The notes beneath the pieces are model-generated. The model saw only the letters and a list, made by a program, of their open reading frames with translations. It searched no databases and was not told where the DNA came from. DNA of 64,000 nt from Eledone cirrhosa (lineage: Eukaryota). A program made the translations under genes and the position numbers. The stretch lies in contig OZ024743.1 of assembly GCA_964016885.1 (NCBI GenBank), forward strand, positions 329,158,001 through 329,222,000, in the 5' to 3' direction. Positions 1-12,633 of this stretch are shown here, piece after piece; position 1 is the stretch's first letter; the number at the start of each line of letters is the position of its first letter.

Positions 1-181
1 ACCAGAATATATAAAAATATACGCCATAACATATACAATCAAATATACGTACGAGAAAGTATACGAACCTTCACAAAACATACAGGTAATATATACATAC
101 CTATGCAAATAAGTAATGGTTTAAACATAACATATACTTAGCTACCACATCAAGACGTAAAATATCCACGTATAGATCGTA

Positions 182-1420
182 CTATCCGTTAGGGTATAAT
201 GTGGGGCTGTAATACAAGAAAATTTTGTGCAATTTATGTTTACAAGCCGAAATTGCCTCAGAATTTTTGTTTAAGATGTGGTCTGTGGCGTAGAGTATTT
301 CCAGGGCCTCAGCGGCGCAGAGGTCACATGGTCTTTTATTTCCGTTATACGGTCTAGCCCTAGCTAGGATCTCCCAGTGTAACTTATATTGGGTGTGGTT
401 GTCTTTTAGACTCCAGATATAAGCTGAAAGTGACGTCATATTCCTTCTTAGAGGGTAACGAAAAGAATGGGTATGCATGTAAAGACGCTGCTTGAATCTA
501 TTGGCGGTTAACCATATGTAGGCCCTACGGGACGTGGGTGTTTCAACCTTACATTTGTAGACAATGTTACTAGAGAGGCATTTCCCGGATAGGGGGCAAT
601 CAACCCGATTCCTACAATTACAGTTAGCACTAACTACAGGGTTGCATGTGTTCCTACGGCTAGGTAGTTTAGCTAAATTTGAAGCTGTGATGTTATGTGC
701 AAGGTTAGGAGTCGTAGAGTAAGAAATTTTAATAGTATTTCTATTAAAAATTTTACTGTAGGGGGAAAATGCTTCGTAATAAGGGATAGAAAGATCTTAG
801 CTAATGATGTGGCCACCTCCATATTATATGGTGGGTTATACCATATAATGCGACGGGATCTATTTCTTCTAGGTCTATTCTCGTACTCTGTATATGCTAC
901 CTTATCGACAAATCCACTCCGAGCAAGAGATTCATTGTAATAAGTGGAATGGTCGTTGAAAATATGCTCGTTAGTAGAAAGACGGGAAAGCCTCAACGAA
1001 ACGTTTCTTACCAGGTTCTTGGTTATGCTGTCAGGATGGTTGGAATGCTTACTTATGTAATTAAGCGTATCATTCGGCTGTCTATACGGGTAATACAACC
1101 CATTCGATAAATTGAGGGTAACGTCGAGGTAATTAACGACCGAGAGGTTGGCCTCAACCTGTATAGAGAGGTTGAAGCCTTTAAAGAAGGCTGTGAGTTC
1201 TTTACTGAACCTGTCGCAAGCACGAGGGCCGCACTTAGTCATGGTCAAAAGACCATCATCACGGTACAAACCACACCTACTTCTGAGTTCAGAAATACCT
1301 GTCGAAACGAGTTCAGCCGTCGGGGTCCTGACTCTTTTCTTATTACCGATTCTACTACCCTAAGTATCGAGTACTCTGGTGTGTTATGGTCCACCTGGTT
1401 CCTTACCACACTTCCTTCGT
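182..1420 (-). mobile_element. Penelope-like retroelement (probably Hydra clade), 5'-truncated and frameshifted: RT C-terminal half plus GIY-YIG endonuclease, with an inverted pLTR fragment at 1300-1420
   Basis: Minus-strand frames give YRDDGL (RT catalytic motif), WYNPPY, CNCRNRVDCPLSGKCL, VYKC..YI..T..FKQR..H..SF (GIY-YIG-like) and CDLCAAE..LN..SACKH. The ~120 bp module at 1300-1420 recurs elsewhere in the window and ends in (TA)n. Confidence 0.85.
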
Positions 1421-1586
1421 TATATATATATATATACATTCCCCTTAATCTATCTTATTTCTCATTCTTTCTTCTGATGAAGGACTAACGTCCAAAAAGT
1501 TAAGACCCTCTTCCTGCTATATCCAGCGTTAACCTAATATGTCCTTTCCATATACTGTACCGATTGTGTTGTTATTTCTGTTTACC

Positions 1587-1745
<159 letters not shown>

Positions 1746-1839
1746 AGAGAGAGAGAGGGAGTGTATGTAAAAGCAAAACTCGCTATCTTCAATTCGGTAT
1801 TCGTGCGAAACCTTACCTATGATCATAGGTCTTGGGCAA

Positions 1840-2215
1840 TGATAGAACGAATACAATTGCGAATATAAGCGGCCGAAATGGGGTTCCTCCGAAAGCTCTT
1901 TGGGGGTAATGTTACTCGATAGAGTGCATAGTCCAGAGATTAGAGGGTCGCTCGGAATTGGGAGGACACTTCGGACAAGTGGTTAGAATGTTACAGGAAA
2001 GAATCGGTGGATAGATTTTACGGGAAAAATCAACCGGCAGGAGACACAGGGGTAGATCCCAAGCAAGATGGTGGAATAACATCCATGAGCTTGGCAGGTC
2101 CCGCTTGGGTTATCCACAGTCCGGATCAATTAGGCAATTACTTCCGACAGAATCCACTGCAAGGAGTGTTTTGAGGAGTCTGTTCCCAAGACCCTCCCAG
2201 GAACACGAGGGAGGA
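1840..2215 (+). mobile_element. RTE-type LINE 3' fragment with GGA/GAA tail
   Basis: Decayed translation AAEMGFLRK...GRRHRGRSQARWWNNI, typical of an RTE C-terminus. Followed by (GAA)n. Homologous to 48520-48700. Confidence 0.6.
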
Positions 2216-2281
2216 GGAGAAGGAGGAGGGGAGGAGGAGAATGAGAAAAAGAAGAAGAAGATGAAGAAGAAGAAGAAGAAA

Positions 2282-2312
<31 letters not shown>

Positions 2313-2845
2313 GGGGGGGGGGGACGAAGAAGAAGGGGTGAGGAGAAGACGGAGAAGAAGAAGAAGAAGAAGAAGAAGAAGAAGAAGAAGAAGAGGAGGA
2401 AGAAGAAGAAGAAGAAGATATACATATATCAGGATATAAATAGAGAGTCACTGACAGACGTAGAAAATGTTCTGATAAACGTATTTATTTATACACACAC
2501 AAACACACATACACAACTATATGCACAGTATATGTGTGTATGTATATGTGTGTGTGTGTGAATGTGTATGTGTGTGAATGTGTGTGTGTGTGTGTGTGTC
2601 TGTGCAAGTTTAAATATAATCGCATCATTTTATGTGGGCGTTTGTGTGTGAGCATACATCCGTTCATGTATTGATATGAGTGTGTCTATGTTAGCGTGTG
2701 TGTGTGTGTGTGTGTGTTGAATGTGTGTATGTGTGCGTGTGTGTGTGTCTATGTGAGCGTGTGTATGTGTGTGTCTTGAATTACAACATACATCAAGAGT
2801 GGTGAAAAGAGGAAGCAAAATTACTCATTCTCTCTGTATATAGCA

Positions 2846-2848
2846 TAT

Positions 2849-2904
<56 letters not shown>

Positions 2905-3232
2905 ATATATATTATATTATATATATATAATATATATATATATTATATATATATTATATATATATTATATATATAAGTTATATATATATATTATATATAT
3001 ATTATATATATATTATATATGTATATATTATATATATATAATATATATATATTATATATATATATATATTATATATATATATATATTATATATATATATA
3101 TATTATATATATATATTACATATACATATTATATATATATATTATATATATATATTATATATATATATTATATATAATATATATATATATATATTATATA
3201 TATATATATATTGTATATATATATTATATATA
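2846..3232. repeat. Degenerate (TA)n microsatellite block
   Basis: Read directly from the sequence. Confidence 0.95.
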
Positions 3233-3235
3233 GTA

Positions 3236-3415
3236 ATAATTGTTTCTACTTTTGGCACCAGGCCAGCAATTACCCAGTACTTTATTTTATCGACCCCTTA
3301 AGGATGAAAGGCAAAGTAAACCTCGGCGGGATTTGAACTCAGAATGGCAAGGGCTGTAACTCTATGCTATAAACATGGCGTCCGACCCTCTACCGATACT
3401 GCCAATCCACCGCCA
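3236..3415 (-). mobile_element. tRNA-derived SINE, family A
   Basis: Minus strand has a B-box-like GAGTTCAAATCC followed by GCCGAGGTTTACTTTGCCTTTCATCC..GGGGTCGATAAAATAAAGTAC. Many copies occur in the window. Confidence 0.8.
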
Positions 3416-3499
3416 ATATATATAGTAATAATAGTAATAATAATAAATTTGAAGACTAAAATCCAAAGAGGAACGATATATATATACGTGTTTATACAC

Positions 3500-3696
3500 C
3501 AGACCTGCCAATCTCTAAAAGCCCAAACGGGGAGTATACCATCATAAAAGATACCCCAAAACGGGGAGAAATGAGGCAAAATGGGGAGATTTTACATAAT
3601 GAAAGCGATACCCATTTTCACAAGAGAAGACATATCTCACCCACCCCAACGTGGGTGGGAGATTTCCCCGTCGGACGGAGTTAGTTGACAGGTCTG
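3500..3696. mobile_element. MITE with ~12-bp TIRs and 6-bp TSD (ATACAC)
   Basis: CAGACCTGCCAA ... TTGACAGGTCTG, flanked by ATACAC at 3494-3499 and 3697-3702. A second copy lies at 35653-35845. Confidence 0.8.
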
Positions 3697-4220
3697 ATAC
3701 ACAACCAGCTCATATACGCATATCTGTATGTGTGTACATGTGTGTGAGTGAGTGACTGTTTATACACCCTCGGGAAAAATACACACTGCTGGCCACTTTT
3801 TTCCATATATAATTGTATTTTACCCGATTTTCTAAGCTACTATATAGCAATCAACTGTGCTTACAGTTAGCTTCTGTGTTTGATTGTTATATATTTTCTA
3901 AGAATTTCATATATATATATATACATATATATATCCGCTTTACGTTCCTAAAAATAGATTATATATATATATATATATATATATATTTAGAAACACACAG
4001 ATACATGCGGACACACACATATATACATGAATGCATCCGCACCCAACTGTGAGTTAAGGGTGCCAACTTCACCGATGTTGCTCAATGAATGACTGGGACA
4101 GACCAATTCAGTTTGAACCAGACTGAACCAGTATCAGAGTTAAAAATACATTATGAAGAGAGAAGAAACATTTAGATATAATTAGTAATAAAATGTATCA
4201 TACCTAAACTGTTCCTAAAT

Positions 4221-4308
4221 TCCTCGACTACGTAGTTTCGTGGCATAAACAAAAACAATATATCAAAGATATAGAGTCCTTGCGAGGTCTGCCGACTTAT
4301 CAAGAGGA
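4221..4308 (-). ncRNA. Type I hammerhead ribozyme, U3:A8 core variant with enlarged stem II
   Basis: Minus strand reads TCCTC-TTGATAA-GTCGGCA...TGCCAC-GAAA-CTACGTAG-TC-GAGGA. Stem I is 5 bp, stem III is palindromic and the site is GUC. Confidence 0.7.
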
Positions 4309-4811
4309 TACCTCATTTTACTAGTCTCAAGAACGCGTCTACACGACGTGAGAAAGAATCCCAAAAGGCGGAGGGGGAGACAGTCACGCGATATAACGGT
4401 CGAGAAACAGAGCTAAGCCTCTTATAACCACGAAGAAAATACCACGGAGGCGGAGGGGGTATTCATATCGAGGCCGTAGAAGAGGTAGTGAAGAAGGCGA
4501 GAAGTATGAGTAATGGAAGCTTTCCAGTTGTCCCCACACTTCAAAGATTGCTCGACCAGAGGGAGTTATTAATATATTTAGAAACACACAGATACATGCG
4601 GACACACACATATATACATGAATGCATCCGCACCCAACTGTGAGTTAAGGGTGCCAACTTCACCGATGTTGCTCAATGAATGACTGGGACAGACCAATTC
4701 AGTTTGAACCAGACTGAACCAGTATCAGAGTTAAAAATACATTATGAAGAGAGAAGAAACATTTAGATATAATTAGTAATAAAATGTATCATACCTAAAC
4801 TGTTCCTAAAT

Positions 4812-4899
4812 TCCTCGACTACGTAGTTTCGTGGCATAAACAAAAACAATATATCAAAGATATAGAGTCCTTGCGAGGTCTGCCGACTTATCAAGAGCA
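4812..4899 (-). ncRNA. Second copy of the U3:A8 hammerhead (one stem I mismatch)
   Basis: Same as 4221-4308 shifted by 591 bp, with TGCTC in place of TCCTC. Confidence 0.6.
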
Positions 4900-5466
4900 T
4901 ACCTCATTTTACTAGTCTCAAGAACGCGTCTACACGACGTGAGAAAGAATCCCAAAAGGCGGAGGGGGAGACAGTCACGCGATATAACGGTCGAGAAACA
5001 GAGCTAAGCCTCTTATAACCACTCTATATCTTTGATATATTGTTTTTGTTTATGCCACGAAACTACGTAGTCGAGGAATTTAGGAACAGTTTAGGTATGA
5101 TACATTTTATTACTAATTATATCTAAATGTTTCTTCTCTCTTCATAATGTATATATATATATATATATATATAGTGTATATACATATACGGAATAGAGTT
5201 ACATCCGTGTCGGCTTTGTGTGTAGTAGTTATTCGAATATGAGTACAGAAGAATAAACAGCTCACGAGATGAACGTGTAAGTGGCTGAGCATTCCACAAA
5301 TATCTGACGGATTTCCAAAGCATTTTCGTCGACACAGTTTCTCTCATAAGCATCTGACGACCAGAGGCTACGATGACATTTGCTATGATGCCACACGCTA
5401 TGTACATACATACATATATATACATATATTGGATTGCCTCGCGACCGTAACCTTATTATGTAAGAA

Positions 5467-5541
5467 GCTGTCTGATGAGGTCATGGCACTGGGTACACGG
5501 AATCGTGTGGCCACTGTGGTCATTGAAATATGTATCACAGC
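5467..5541 (+). ncRNA. Type I hammerhead ribozyme (degenerate long stem II)
   Basis: GCTGT-CTGATGA-(44 nt)-GAAA-TATGTA-TC-ACAGC. Confidence 0.55.
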
Positions 5542-5664
5542 CTTATCAATAACGGATTTTAACATCTGAATCTACTTCGCATTTCCTTATTCTAAAAATA
5601 CTCCGTCACTCCTGTGGAAAGTATTTTGAGTGCATGAATTGAATTACATCAATATTTACTGTAA

Positions 5665-5717
<53 letters not shown>

Positions 5718-5721
<4 letters not shown>

Positions 5722-6351
5722 AAAGAATAGAGGTGTAACACACGAGTTATGATATATTGGTAAAAGGAAAAGAAAATGCTGACAAATTGTTCCCAGTGAA
5801 AAATAGTTTAATTAGGAATAAGTAAAAATTAGTAATAGTATTGGTTAGTATTCAGTTTTGGTTTTAAGTTTTACCGGTTGCGCATTTCTAATGATTTTCA
5901 AAAATAATTTTGAGATAGAGCGCTCGTGATGTTTGCTCTAATCTGATTAGTTTTGGAAATTCTACCTGTTTCATGTAAAAAAAAGTGGCTCCAGATGTAT
6001 GAAAAAATTTTTGTGGTCAAAACAATTTTGATTGGTCGGTAGATGTCATGTGAATGTTAAAATTGACCTCTACCGACCAATCAAAATTGTTTTGACCACA
6101 AGAATTTTTTCATACATCTGGAGCCACTTTTTTAACATAAAAACAGGTAGAATTCCCAAAACTAATCAGATTAGAGCAAACATCACGGGTGTTCTATCTC
6201 AAAATTATTTTTGAAAAGCATTAGAAATGCGCAACCAGTAAAACTTAAAACCAAAACTGAATACTAACCAATACTATTACTCATTTTTACTTATTCCTAA
6301 TTAAACTATTTTTCACTGGGAACAATTTGTCAGCATTTTCTTTTCCTTTTA

Positions 6352-6358
<7 letters not shown>
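5718..6358. repeat. Fold-back insert with ~290-bp inverted arms (~5754-6042 / ~6070-6358) between (TA)n tracts
   Basis: ATTGGTAAAAGGAAAAGAAAATGCTGAC... pairs with ...GTCAGCATTTTCTTTTCCTTTTACCAAT, with few mismatches and a ~27 bp spacer. Confidence 0.9.
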
Positions 6359-6400
<42 letters not shown>

Positions 6401-6503
6401 AGTATATGTTGGTTGTTTACCGACACCCTATTATGCAGATTGGAGCACTCGACGAAGTACGCAGGTTGGTTTGTTTACTCCGGAGTAATGTATTTGACTT
6501 AAT

Positions 6504-6682
<179 letters not shown>

Positions 6683-6928
6683 CGTGACAAGCATATTACA
6701 TATCGCAAAAAATGTCTCATATCAAACGATGCCTGTGCTTGAAGCTTTTTTAAGTGAGCGAGCAAAGGCATTGCAAGGGGCCAATCCCACTCATTGAACA
6801 TCGAATGCATTTACCCAAGGGATGCAAACAAAGTCACAGGTTTTATATCAGAATCAGAGTGACCTTCTACTAGAGAGATGTCTTAATGATGACTAGGCGT
6901 TCTTCGCTTCTATATATATATATATATA

Positions 6929-7093
6929 AACAAAGAAATTGTGGCAAGGGACCAGGTGGACCATAACTGACCAGAATACTCGATACTTAGGGTAGTAGAG
7001 TGGGTAATAGGAAAAGATTCAGGGCCCCGACGGCTGAGCTCCGGCCGTTTCGAAAAGGCCGGAGCTCAGCTGTCGGCGTCCTGACTCTTTTCC
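6929..7093. mobile_element. Short fold-back derivative of the Penelope pLTR module seen at 1300-1420
   Basis: Shares GGACCAGGTGGACCATAAC..TACTTAGGGTAGTAG..CCCCGACGGCTGAGCTC, then inverts at TTTCGAAAA. Flanked by (TA)n. Confidence 0.75.
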
Positions 7094-7513
7094 TATATAT
7101 ATATATATATATAAATATATAAATATATATATATACACATATATATATATGTGTATATTCATACACACACACACACATACACGCAACATACACGCACACA
7201 CGCACACCACACACACACACACACATATGAGTCAGCAATAAATTCCCCGATATTTAGCTCGTCTCGTGATGATCTTGTTGGTTTTTATATGAATTTCCTG
7301 TAGAGATTCCTAGCCGTGTTTCCTGTAGACTTTCCTAGCCATGTTTCCGCTTTCAGTTAGGGAAAAATACACACTCTTAGCTAACAACATAACTGGCCTA
7401 CTTCTTTAAAACTTTAGTACTTGGTGACATTGACAAATCTACGTACGTCTCTGTGCGGTTCCTTATCTGTGTGTGTGTATCGATACACACACACAGACAC
7501 ACACACACACAGA

Positions 7514-7566
<53 letters not shown>

Positions 7567-7711
7567 TTATAATAGTATATGTATATATATATTTATAATA
7601 AAACACACTAACTATAGAGATATAAAAGAAACAGAATCGAAAAACCAATCCAAACCAAACAGCGGCTGTGTTATATTTCTGGCAATATTATAACAATATA
7701 TATATATATAT

Positions 7712-7920
7712 AACGAAGGAATTGTGGTAAGGAACCAGATGGACAATAACGCACCAGAGTACTCAATACTTCGGGTAGTAGAATGGGTAATAGGAAAAAG
7801 TATGACCAGGACGGCATAGCTCAAGCCGTTTCGGCGACTATTTCTAGACTAGAAATAGTCGTCTAGTCTAGAAATAGCCGTCTAAACGGCTTGAGCTCTG
7901 CCGTCGGGGGCATACTTTTT

Positions 7921-7922
<2 letters not shown>
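7712..7922. mobile_element. Short fold-back derivative of the same Penelope pLTR module
   Basis: Same module. Right arm is AAACGGCTTGAGCTCTGCCGTCGGGG. Flanked by (TA)n. Confidence 0.75.
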
Positions 7923-7964
<42 letters not shown>

Positions 7965-7973
<9 letters not shown>

Positions 7974-8030
7974 ATACATATTTCAAGGGCCACCAAGGCA
8001 AATTATGGTGCGCTTTCATCAGATAAAATA
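7965..8030 (-). ncRNA. Type I hammerhead ribozyme (stem I degenerate)
   Basis: Minus: TATTTTAT-CTGATGA-AAGCGCACCA..TGGTGGCCCTT-GAAA-TATGTA-TA-ACAATATA. Confidence 0.55.
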
Positions 8031-8088
8031 CAATATAGATTTGTTTTATAAATAAATATTGACTACCCTGAAAAAATATAACCTCTGC

Positions 8089-8120
<32 letters not shown>

Positions 8121-8246
8121 GTAGGAGGTGAGTTTTATTGTAGTACAATAAAGCAATGCAGATATCGGATAAGAAGCACTCTACAGTTTGTAGGACTGGA
8201 GTATACATAAAATATAAGATCAAAAGATGGTTATATGAGTTCCATG

Positions 8247-8317
8247 TATTTTATTATGCGCATTTCAAAAACAAATATCATCATGCAATGACATTTGTGT
8301 TTTCATCAGATAAAATA
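8247..8317 (-). ncRNA. Type I hammerhead ribozyme, intact core
   Basis: Minus: TATTTTAT-CTGATGA-AAACACAAATGTCAT..ATGATATTTGTTTTT-GAAA-TGCGCA-TA-ATAAAATA. Stem I is 8 bp, stem III is palindromic and the site is AUA. An inverted 3' piece follows at 8321-8365. Confidence 0.85.
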
Positions 8318-8557
8318 GGATAATAAAATACATGGAACTCATATAACCATCTTTTGATCTTATATATTATATATATATATATATATAAAGAGAGATACAG
8401 ATATTACTATACAATTACACATAGTCTCTCTCTCTCTTCAACACACACACTTGTATATATATATTTGTATGCGTGTGTGTGTCCGTATTGATATGTGAGA
8501 ATATAATTGTATTTGGGTGTTTGTGCGCATGTGTGTGTATATATGTATTTATGTGTG

Positions 8558-8635
<78 letters not shown>

Positions 8636-8757
8636 TGTGTGTGTGTGTGTGTGTGCGTGTGGGTGCGTGTGCGTGTGCGTGTGTGCGTGTGTGTGTGTGT
8701 GTTTAGCAGAAAACCGATTTTGGTGAGAAATATGAATAGAAAATATTTCCATAAAAT

Positions 8758-8792
<35 letters not shown>

Positions 8793-8849
8793 ATATATAT
8801 ATATATATATATCTGTGTGTATGTGTGTACGTATATATATATATATATA

Positions 8850-8929
8850 CAGGGTGTCCTAAAAAATATGTATATATACTACAAGAGCATTCTAATAAAA
8901 ATGTGTATACATTTTGTGGGGGCGCCCTG
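8850..8929. mobile_element. Tiny Tc1/mariner-type MITE (CAGGG..CCCTG termini, TA flanks); related copy ~10217-10317
   Basis: TA|CAGGGTGTCC...GGCGCCCTG|TA. Internal AGCATTCTAATAAA is shared with the 10.2 kb copy. Confidence 0.6.
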
Positions 8930-8949
8930 TATATTACTCAGATATAATT

Positions 8950-8994
<45 letters not shown>

Positions 8995-8998
<4 letters not shown>

Positions 8999-9189
8999 TA
9001 CTTTGGGAGGGTCATGTTGCCAATAAGAAACACACGCACCAGTTGATTCACTCCAATTTATTATAAATTGGAGTGATGGCAACTGGTGCGTGTGTTTCTT
9101 AGTGGCAACATGACCCTCCCAAAGTATAACAATATCGGTTTCAACACACGTTTTCAGATAAAGAATCTTGCTAAACAAATTCAGAAACG

Positions 9190-9192
<3 letters not shown>
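8995..9192. mobile_element. Fold-back terminal fragment of the Penelope-like element at 12631-13962
   Basis: 9083-9192 is nearly identical to 13852-13962. 8995-9060 is its inverted copy. Flanked by (TA)n. Confidence 0.75.
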
Positions 9193-9226
<34 letters not shown>

Positions 9227-9935
9227 TATAATTATATATATATATATCCCGACAAGGAACTGTGAAGCTATGCTATTAACGTACGTGGGCGGCACTGGAA
9301 TTCGAAACCGGTTTCCCTCTTGCCAAAATCAAGTACATATTTAACAATATTTGACAAATTGCAAGTATGTGAGGTATTTGTTATTGGTCAGACCACACAC
9401 CATTTTACGTGCTTCAGTATACACACAGACACATGCATAAACTACACACATACTTACACATGTAAAAAATATACACGTGCTTACACACACATCTGCATAC
9501 AAATATATTCGTCTACTGGTTGTGCTTATGGAGGACATGCTGGGGCATCGTTTAAAAGTCGATCAATTCGGCACGGAATGTATTTTTTTTTCAAGTCTCT
9601 TCTTGTTGAACCGCTATGTTACGAGTCATAAACACAGACACAAACGTAAACACAGAAGTCGATACACATCTCTTTCTCTCTCTCTTTATATAGGTATATA
9701 TTGAGTTAAGAACTCAAAATAGTCTCTTACAACAAAATAGCTCTAAGAAAGAGATATTATAATATAATATAAAAGAAAAACGAACACAGATATATACATA
9801 TATGTGTTCAAATCGTAAGCGAACGGATTCGCTAAGGTGAAAAGAATACTAACTATAGACAATTGGGTTTGCTTGTCCCAATTTAAGAAAAAATCAAGAA
9901 AATAAATACAAACCGGAATTGTGGTAACTACCAAT

Positions 9936-10009
9936 CACCCGGACAACTTGGTGTTGTTTCGCAATGTTAATTGTGAATAGAATTACCAATTCAAGCTCAT
10001 CAGTGGTTG
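9936..10009 (-). ncRNA. Type I hammerhead ribozyme (stem I partly mismatched)
   Basis: Minus: CAACCA-CTGATGA-GC..GC-GAAA-CAACACCAAGTTG-TC-CGGGTG, with a 4-bp stem III and GUC site. The insert has short inverted ends (~9768-9812 / ~10142-10192). Confidence 0.65.
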
Positions 10010-10333
10010 ATGAATTAGTATCCTAGACACTTTAAAGTATATTAAGTAACTGAATAGTGTGCTATATATAATACCGTACATGGTATCTTAGCGTGTCTCA
10101 CAAACTTACACCACTAAAAATAGCAGCCAGGTTTATTCGACATTTGAAAACATATATGTATATATCTGTGTTTGTTTTTCTTTTATATTCTATTATATAT
10201 ATATATATATATATATAGGGTCCCCCCCAAAAAAAATGTATACACACTTCAACAGCATTCTAATAAATATTGCCTGCACAGGTAATTAAAGTATGTACAC
10301 CTTTTTGGGGACTCCCAATATATATATATATAT

Positions 10334-10515
10334 AATTGTTTCTACTTTTGGCACAAGGCCAGAATATTACCCAGTACATTACTGGTACTTTATTTTATCG
10401 ACCCCGTAAGGATGAAAGGCAAAGTTGACCTCGGCGGGACTTGAACTCAGAATGGAAAGGGCCGTAATTCTATGCGTCAAAGCATGACGTCCGACCCTCT
10501 ACCGATACTGCCAAT
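10334..10515 (-). mobile_element. tRNA-derived SINE, family A
   Basis: Homologous to 3236-3415. Confidence 0.8.
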
Positions 10516-11172
10516 ATATATAATATTATATAATATCTCCTTATAATATATAAACAGCAATTTCTCTGTCTGTCTGTCCGACAGTGGAAACACGTGCGAG
10601 TGTGGTTGCTATCTCTCTCTCTCTCCAGCTATCCCTCTCTTTTAGTCTGTCTGTTTCTCTCACTCTCACTCTTTCTCTTTGTAACACACTAACATTCCTC
10701 CCCTCTATCGCTGTGACGAATGGGGAGATGGAGGAGGAGGAGGAGGAAGAGAGTCACTTCGTCACTTCACCTCTGCCTTTCTTTCTCTCCCCTCTCACTC
10801 CCTGTCATCGACCACTGATTCCAACAACCAGCGTTCTAGGCCAGCACGTGACACCTGCGTTCCCAGCCATGGCACGCGCGACCTTGGAGTAGTTACCATG
10901 GAGATCTAGCCAGACACAGCCGAGTTCTTTGAATTTACAGACGACAACTTTAAGACTGGCTTTTGTGTTTTAACCAACTCACTGGGGCTGAGCATATAAT
11001 ATATATATATGTGTGTGTATGCGTGTGTGTGTGTATTATATGTGTGTGTGTTATATGTGTGCGTGTATGTGTGTGTGTATGTGTGCGTGTGTGTGTTATA
11101 TGTGTGTGTGTATGTGTGTGCGTGTGTGTGTTTTATATATGGGTGTGTGTTATATGTGTGTGTGTGTGTGTG

Positions 11173-11236
<64 letters not shown>

Positions 11237-11427
11237 GTATATTATGTGTGTCTCTCTATATATATACATATATATAGGTTTAAGTGTGTATGTGCGTGTG
11301 TATGTGTGTGTTAGCGTGTGTGCATATGTGCGTATGTATGAGTGTGTGTATGGTATGTGCGTGTTAGCGTATGTGTCTGTATGCGTGTGTGTCTGTTTGT
11401 GCGTGTGTCTGTGTGTATCTGTGTAAG

Positions 11428-11466
<39 letters not shown>

Positions 11467-11594
11467 AGGAATTCATAAGTTTCCTAAAATATGTCTGTAT
11501 GCTTAATTTTTCTTAAAAATGATAAACTGGTTCTTCCTGTCAGAGATAATAATCTGATTTGAGAATAATGCATCTCAAAATATGAACATGGGTG

Positions 11595-11627
<33 letters not shown>

Positions 11628-11706
11628 CTGTGTTTGTGTTTGTGTGTTTGTGTGTTAAATATATATCGACTAGCAGAAAACCACCCGGTGGGTGGTTTTC
11701 TGCTAG

Positions 11707-12494
11707 TCTATATATATAAAACAGAGGATGTCTGTGTGTCTGTTTCCCTAAAATTCGAGAAGTACCCAACCGGTTTTTTTCAAACTTTATACATGTAACT
11801 CGTATGACCCCGGAAGTGTTTTGAGCAAAAAAAATTTCAAATTTTCAATGCCCTAGGGACCGCATTAGGCGATTTAGCGATTTCTTTCTCTTTCTCTTAG
11901 TCTTTCTCTTTTTAGATAGATACATAGATATGACCTCGCGCCTTCATAATATCTGTCTGTATGCCTGACTGTCTGCATTACGTCATTATGACGCGATCAG
12001 TGTGTGTGTGTATATATATGCGTATGCCAGGGAACGTCTTCACGAACCAAAGTATCGTCTTCCTGTTTTCCAGATTGGTTTTTTTAGTTTAAGAAGATCC
12101 CGTTAAGGTTGAAAGCAGCGATTCTTTGCTTAAACATTAATATGTTATTTTAATATAGATATTCGTGTACAGATATTTTTGCATACAGAAAAACAAAATA
12201 TAAACAAACAAGGCCAAAGATTACATCAGTTAGTCTTAGTGTATGTACTTCATACTGCTTTTAGGTAGAATATCCCGTTAAGGGTGAAAGCAGTGATTCT
12301 TTGCTTAAACTTTAGTCTGTTATTTTAATATATATATATATATAATTATATATTTATGGACAGATATTTTTGCATACACAATAACAAAATATAAACAAAC
12401 GTATTTATTTCACGAGGTTCGATAAGGAAAAGTATATATCAAATATATAAGAACCCTATAGCAAATCCCGAACAACGCCGGGCCATTCTGCTAG
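11707..12494 (+). mobile_element. Non-autonomous Helitron
   Basis: 5' end TCTATATATATAAAAC. 3' hairpin CCCGAACAACGCCGGG followed by CCATTCTGCTAG|T. Internal blocks are shared with 45311-46095. Confidence 0.75.
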
Positions 12495-12570
12495 TTTATT
12501 ATATAATATATAATATATTATATACTATATATATAATATTATATAATATGTATAATATTATATATATATA

Positions 12571-12630
<60 letters not shown>

Positions 12631-12633
<3 letters not shown>

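Larger units (their letters stand above)
3987..5149 (-). mobile_element. Non-autonomous pLTR/retrozyme-like insert: 591-bp unit x ~1.75 plus a ~130 bp inverted piece, between (TA)n tracts
   Basis: 3987.. repeats at 4578 (offset 591). 5021-5149 is the reverse complement of ~4148-4278. Each unit carries a hammerhead motif. Confidence 0.8.
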
